A stretch of 64,000 nt of DNA from Nitrosopumilus sp. (lineage in GTDB: Archaea > Thermoproteota > Nitrososphaeria > Nitrososphaerales > Nitrosopumilaceae), in contig OZ244732.1 in assembly GCA_965219345.1 (NCBI GenBank), positions 1,728,001-1,792,000 of the forward strand. The letters run 5' to 3'. Shown piece by piece: positions 61,561-64,000 of this stretch. The position numbers were made by a program, and so were the translations under genes. Each line of letters begins with the position of its first letter. Within the stretch, counting starts at the first letter, position 1. The notes below the pieces were generated by a model. The model did no database searches, was not told the DNA's origin, and was given only the letters and a program-made list of their open reading frames with translations.

Positions 61561-62475
61561 AGAATAAACACTTCTGAATTTTCTTCCATCATCAGCAAAA
61601 ATTCCTACTACACACGCGCCATCTTCAACAGAATATTTCTTCATACATGCATAAACAGCAGCAGATGAAGGACTGATGAGAAGCTTATCTTTTTCAAATA
61701 CTTCTTTTATCACAGAAAATGCTTCATCATTATCTACAGAAATCCAATCATCCACAATATTTTCTCTTTTCAAAAACAAGTCTGGTTTTGCAGATTCTTC
61801 AAAATTCCTCCATCCTTGAATCAGGTGATTTTGTTGTGGCTGACATCCAATGATCTTGACATTAGGATTTTTTTCTTTAAGAAAAGTGCCAATTCCAGTA
61901 ATTGTGCCTCCGGTACCCACACCTGTAAAGAAATGAGTTACTTTTCCTTCAGTTTGTTTCCAAATCTCAGGACCCGTTCCAACATAATGTCCCTTGAAAT
62001 TTGCTTCATTGGCATATTGATTTGGAGAATAATAGGTATCAGGTCTTGATGATGCAATAGATGTTGCAAGCGCAATACTTTGGTCAGTTCCTGCACCAAC
62101 CTTTGGACATAAATCATCACTTGTCTCAAATACTTTGGCACCGAGATTTCTAATGATTTCTTTGGTTTCGTTACTAGCTTTTTCTGGAATAACTATCTCA
62201 GCTTTGTAACCTAACACATTAGCAATTCCTGTTAATGCGATTCCGGTATTTCCAGAAGTGGGTTCAATGATAATGCTCTTTCCTTTTGTTAAAATTCCTC
62301 GTTCTTCGCCATCTTTAATCATCCAATATGCAGCTCTATCTTTAACAGAACCAAACGGGTTATGACCTTCTAATTTTGCAAAGTACTCCGTATTATTTTG
62401 AGAAAGAGAATCTAATTTTACAAGAGGGGTATTGCCCACTCGACTTAACACATCAATATCAGTAACAGTAGTCAT
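61555..62475 (-). CDS. PLP-dependent cysteine synthase family protein, C-terminally truncated by the IS
   Basis: VGNTPLV, AKLEGHNPFGSVKDR, EPTSGNTG, GVGTGGT. Confidence 0.9.
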   Translation of the reverse strand: MTTVTDIDVLSRVGNTPLVKLDSLSQNNTEYFAKLEGHNPFGSVKDRAAYWMIKDGEERGILTKGKSIIIEPTSGNTGIALTGIANVLGYKAEIVIPEKASNETKEIIRNLGAKVFETSDDLCPKVGAGTDQSIALATSIASSRPDTYYSPNQYANEANFKGHYVGTGPEIWKQTEGKVTHFFTGVGTGGTITGIGTFLKEKNPNVKIIGCQPQQNHLIQGWRNFEESAKPDLFLKRENIVDDWISVDNDEAFSVIKEVFEKDKLLISPSSAAVYACMKKYSVEDGACVVGIFADDGRKFRSVYSQ

Positions 62476-62482
62476 GAGTTAA

Positions 62483-62737
62483 TTATTTCACCTTTTTAAT
62501 TTTGAATGTAATTACATCTCCATCTTTAGACATGTCTAATAATTCATGTCCTGTTCTCGTAACCCATCTTGAAATATCATCTTCAGCAGCAGGATCATCT
62601 GCAGAAACAGTTAGAGTTTCACCAACTTGCATTCTTTCGATTTCAATTTTTGTTCTAAACACAGGTTCAGGACAATACAAGCCAGTTGCATCTAATTTTT
62701 TTTCAGTTGATTCAGACATATGGAACCATTTCATCAA
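62483..62737 (-). CDS. TusA/SirA-family sulfur carrier protein
   Basis: LDATGLYCPEP..ADDPAAEDDI.RW. Confidence 0.9.
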   Translation of the reverse strand: MMKWFHMSESTEKKLDATGLYCPEPVFRTKIEIERMQVGETLTVSADDPAAEDDISRWVTRTGHELLDMSKDGDVITFKIKKVK

Positions 62738-62804
62738 GAGCGTTTTGTCATATTAAAATCTATTTCAATGTAACAAAAGAACAGCTAAAGCTAACAGGCT
62801 TATA

Positions 62805-63530
62805 TTATTTGAAAAGATCTTCATTTTCTGGACGAATTAATTCATCAATCACATGGTCTTCAATCTTAAATGAATAATCGCGAATAATTGCCACAGGGCA
62901 GTTCAAGGCTTTTTTCATAACCAGTTCTGCAGCAGAAGAGAGTTCATCGGCAACAGCAATTTCAGTTATGCGTAAAATTCTTTTAAAAGAGTCTAATGTT
63001 CCAGCATAGTTTAGAATAGGATTCAGTCCTGAAATTCCAATTGCACAGTTAGTTTGACCCATTCTAAAAGGACGACCAAATGTGTCTGAAATTATTATTG
63101 CTACATTTTTGTTTGTTTGTTCTCTAATTTTTTTGCGGATCGTTTGTGCAGAGATATCAGAATTAACTGGAAGTAAAGTCGCATATCCTTCTTGTACATT
63201 GCTTTCATCAACACCAGCATTTGCACAGATAGTTCCATTATTGGTCTCAACAATGATGATTCCATTCTTCATTCTAACGATTCTTTTTGTTTCGGATAAA
63301 ATTAATTCAATTATTCTAGAATCTTTTTGATACTGAGAACCGATACCTTCTGACAGCAATGAAGGCTTTACAGCTGATAAATCAACAATCCTTCCTTCTT
63401 GCTTTGAGACAATTTTTTGTGCAACAACAAGAATATCCCCATCACGTAGATCAGAAGACATTAAAATTAATTCAGAAATGTCATCTGAGGGTTCAATCTC
63501 TTTTTCAATGTGAAGTGGAATGATTTCCAA
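62805..63530 (-). CDS. cofE: coenzyme F420-0:L-glutamate ligase
   Basis: QKIVSKQEGR, ANAGVDESN, DTFGRPFRMG, AVADEL. Confidence 0.93.
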   Translation of the reverse strand: MEIIPLHIEKEIEPSDDISELILMSSDLRDGDILVVAQKIVSKQEGRIVDLSAVKPSLLSEGIGSQYQKDSRIIELILSETKRIVRMKNGIIIVETNNGTICANAGVDESNVQEGYATLLPVNSDISAQTIRKKIREQTNKNVAIIISDTFGRPFRMGQTNCAIGISGLNPILNYAGTLDSFKRILRITEIAVADELSSAAELVMKKALNCPVAIIRDYSFKIEDHVIDELIRPENEDLFK

Positions 63531-63564
63531 TTATGGTATCTGAGATAAGGGACTAAAAAATTGT

Positions 63565-64000
63565 TTATGCGGTAGGTGTAGTTTCTAATTCTAACTTGAA
63601 GTGCTGGTTGATGATATCTAAAATTTTTGATAGATCTTTTTCTTCCAAAATAGTTGTAGCTAAATCCTTGACTATATCTTGAGCCCTATAAGCAATGTTT
63701 AATCCACAGATATCAAACAATTTCACATCATTTGCACCATCCACAACACAAACAATGTCTTCTTTCTTCTCACCCCATTCTGCGATTTTTATTTTTGCGG
63801 ATTTTGATTTATCAGAATCAACATTAATTTTTACACCATCAAGCTTTCCGTCTTTGAATACTAATTCATTAGAATAGACATAATCTAGTTGCAATTCTTT
63901 TTGTAATCTTTCCATCATCAATGTAAAACCTCCAGATACTGCCACGAGTTTCCATCCAGCAGCCTTTAGCACCCTACAAGCCTCCTTTGCACCAGTCATA
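63565..64000 (-). CDS. serB: phosphoserine phosphatase (start outside the window)
   Basis: VSGGF, YSNEL..DGKL.G, DGAND. Confidence 0.8.
   Translation of the reverse strand, partial: MTGAKEACRVLKAAGWKLVAVSGGFTLMMERLQKELQLDYVYSNELVFKDGKLDGVKINVDSDKSKSAKIKIAEWGEKKEDIVCVVDGANDVKLFDICGLNIAYRAQDIVKDLATTILEEKDLSKILDIINQHFKLELETTPTA

Overview
Archaeal chromosomal window, very probably an ammonia-oxidising Nitrosopumilaceae (Nitrososphaerota). This is inferred from CdvA, FEN1, PCNA, proteasome beta, CofE, duplicated-domain ThyX and an AT-rich backbone. Core genes occupy about 16.1-31.9 kb and 44.4-64 kb. Two decaying mobile/defence islands lie at 1-16.05 kb and 32.0-44.3 kb, with a small islet after argS. 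The islands are built largely from one family of IS6-like cargo transposons whose ends read GGNNCTGNTAA and whose DDE transposases carry SWIM or zinc-ribbon domains. The best-supported element is 3,244 bp (1074-4317), with 47-bp inverted repeats and a perfect 8-bp target duplication. It carries an atypical tRNA (CAG anticodon but Ser-like G73/A37) behind a twin-palindrome operator, plus an AbrB-like regulator, a broken methyltransferase and a RelE/ParE-like ORF. A 10.2-kb element carrying a type III RM system splits an AAA ATPase gene exactly in frame. Other highlights: an island-borne divergent PCNA alongside PIP-like motifs in mobile proteins, a uS10-like gene paired with a stand-alone class III nucleotidyl cyclase, a Zn-finger module shared by transposases and the type III Res subunit, an H1-like (KRKAAP)n protein, and an ISH3 insertion truncating cysteine synthase. 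All product calls come from reading motifs by eye; no database search was run.
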